From NCBI GenBank assembly GCA_934647235.1, contig CAKUFG010000015.1, positions 15,905-47,904 on the forward strand: a stretch of DNA of 32,000 nucleotides, in the 5' to 3' direction. The notes under the pieces are model-generated. The model saw nothing but the letters and a program-made list of their open reading frames with translations, was not told the DNA's origin and searched no databases. This document shows positions 31,961-32,000 of the stretch, in pieces (positions within the stretch are counted from its first letter, which is position 1; each line of letters begins with the position of its first letter). The stretch comes from an uncultured Clostridia bacterium. GTDB lineage: Bacteria > Bacillota > Clostridia > Christensenellales > Aristaeellaceae. Made by a program: the position numbers and the translations under genes.

Positions 31961-32000
31961 TGCCCCCCCTTTGGTTGATCTTAAAAATAGAATATGCGGC

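Overview
GC-rich chromosomal segment that looks Clostridia-like (strong GGAGG-type RBSs, LplABC-type sugar importer, MATE, ComFC); this is an inference, no database search was possible. I call 23 CDS.

Gene content, mostly carbohydrate utilisation:
- A rhamnose block on the minus strand: GH78 alpha-L-rhamnosidase (partial, open at the window edge), MBL-fold hydrolase, rhaD, rhaA and an AraC-type regulator.
- luxS translationally coupled to an HpcH-family aldolase.
- A cytoplasmic BNR/sialidase-like protein followed by a three-gene LplABC-type ABC importer.
- A MATE exporter, a small orphan ORF and a GDPD-family protein.
- An unusual LacI-HTH + PBP1 + solute-binding-domain fusion regulator, divergent from a TIM-barrel sugar isomerase/epimerase and an FAD oxidoreductase.
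- A transglutaminase-like / M19 dipeptidase / MFS / ComFC operon.
- A convergent ABC ATPase plus fused double permease.

Many long ORFs in the supplied track are antisense shadows of these GC-rich genes.

The most unusual content is non-coding. Five long intergenic gaps (3623-4769, 7898-8405, 14692-15582, 17368-18241, 22302-22630; about 3.7 kb, roughly 12% of the window) are filled by mosaic arrays of a small set of hairpin modules. Each array ends on its right side with a ~120-nt closed multi-helix element, here called S:
- There are six S copies, all on the + strand.
- Helices are kept by compensatory base changes between copies.
- Most copies are followed by a long perfect palindrome and a C-rich tail.
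- I do not recognise S as any known RNA family or IS end, and no transposase is in the window.
- It is a candidate new structured RNA or ssDNA-mobilised (REP/BIME- or PATE-like) element family.

Secondary findings:
- A bipartite motif shared by three promoters, probably the operator of the AraC-type regulator.
- A hairpin core found in both orientations between identical flanks.
- An island bracketed by ~27-nt direct repeats.
- Back-to-back consensus promoters sharing a palindrome.

All coordinates of non-coding elements are hand-derived and approximate to a few nt.
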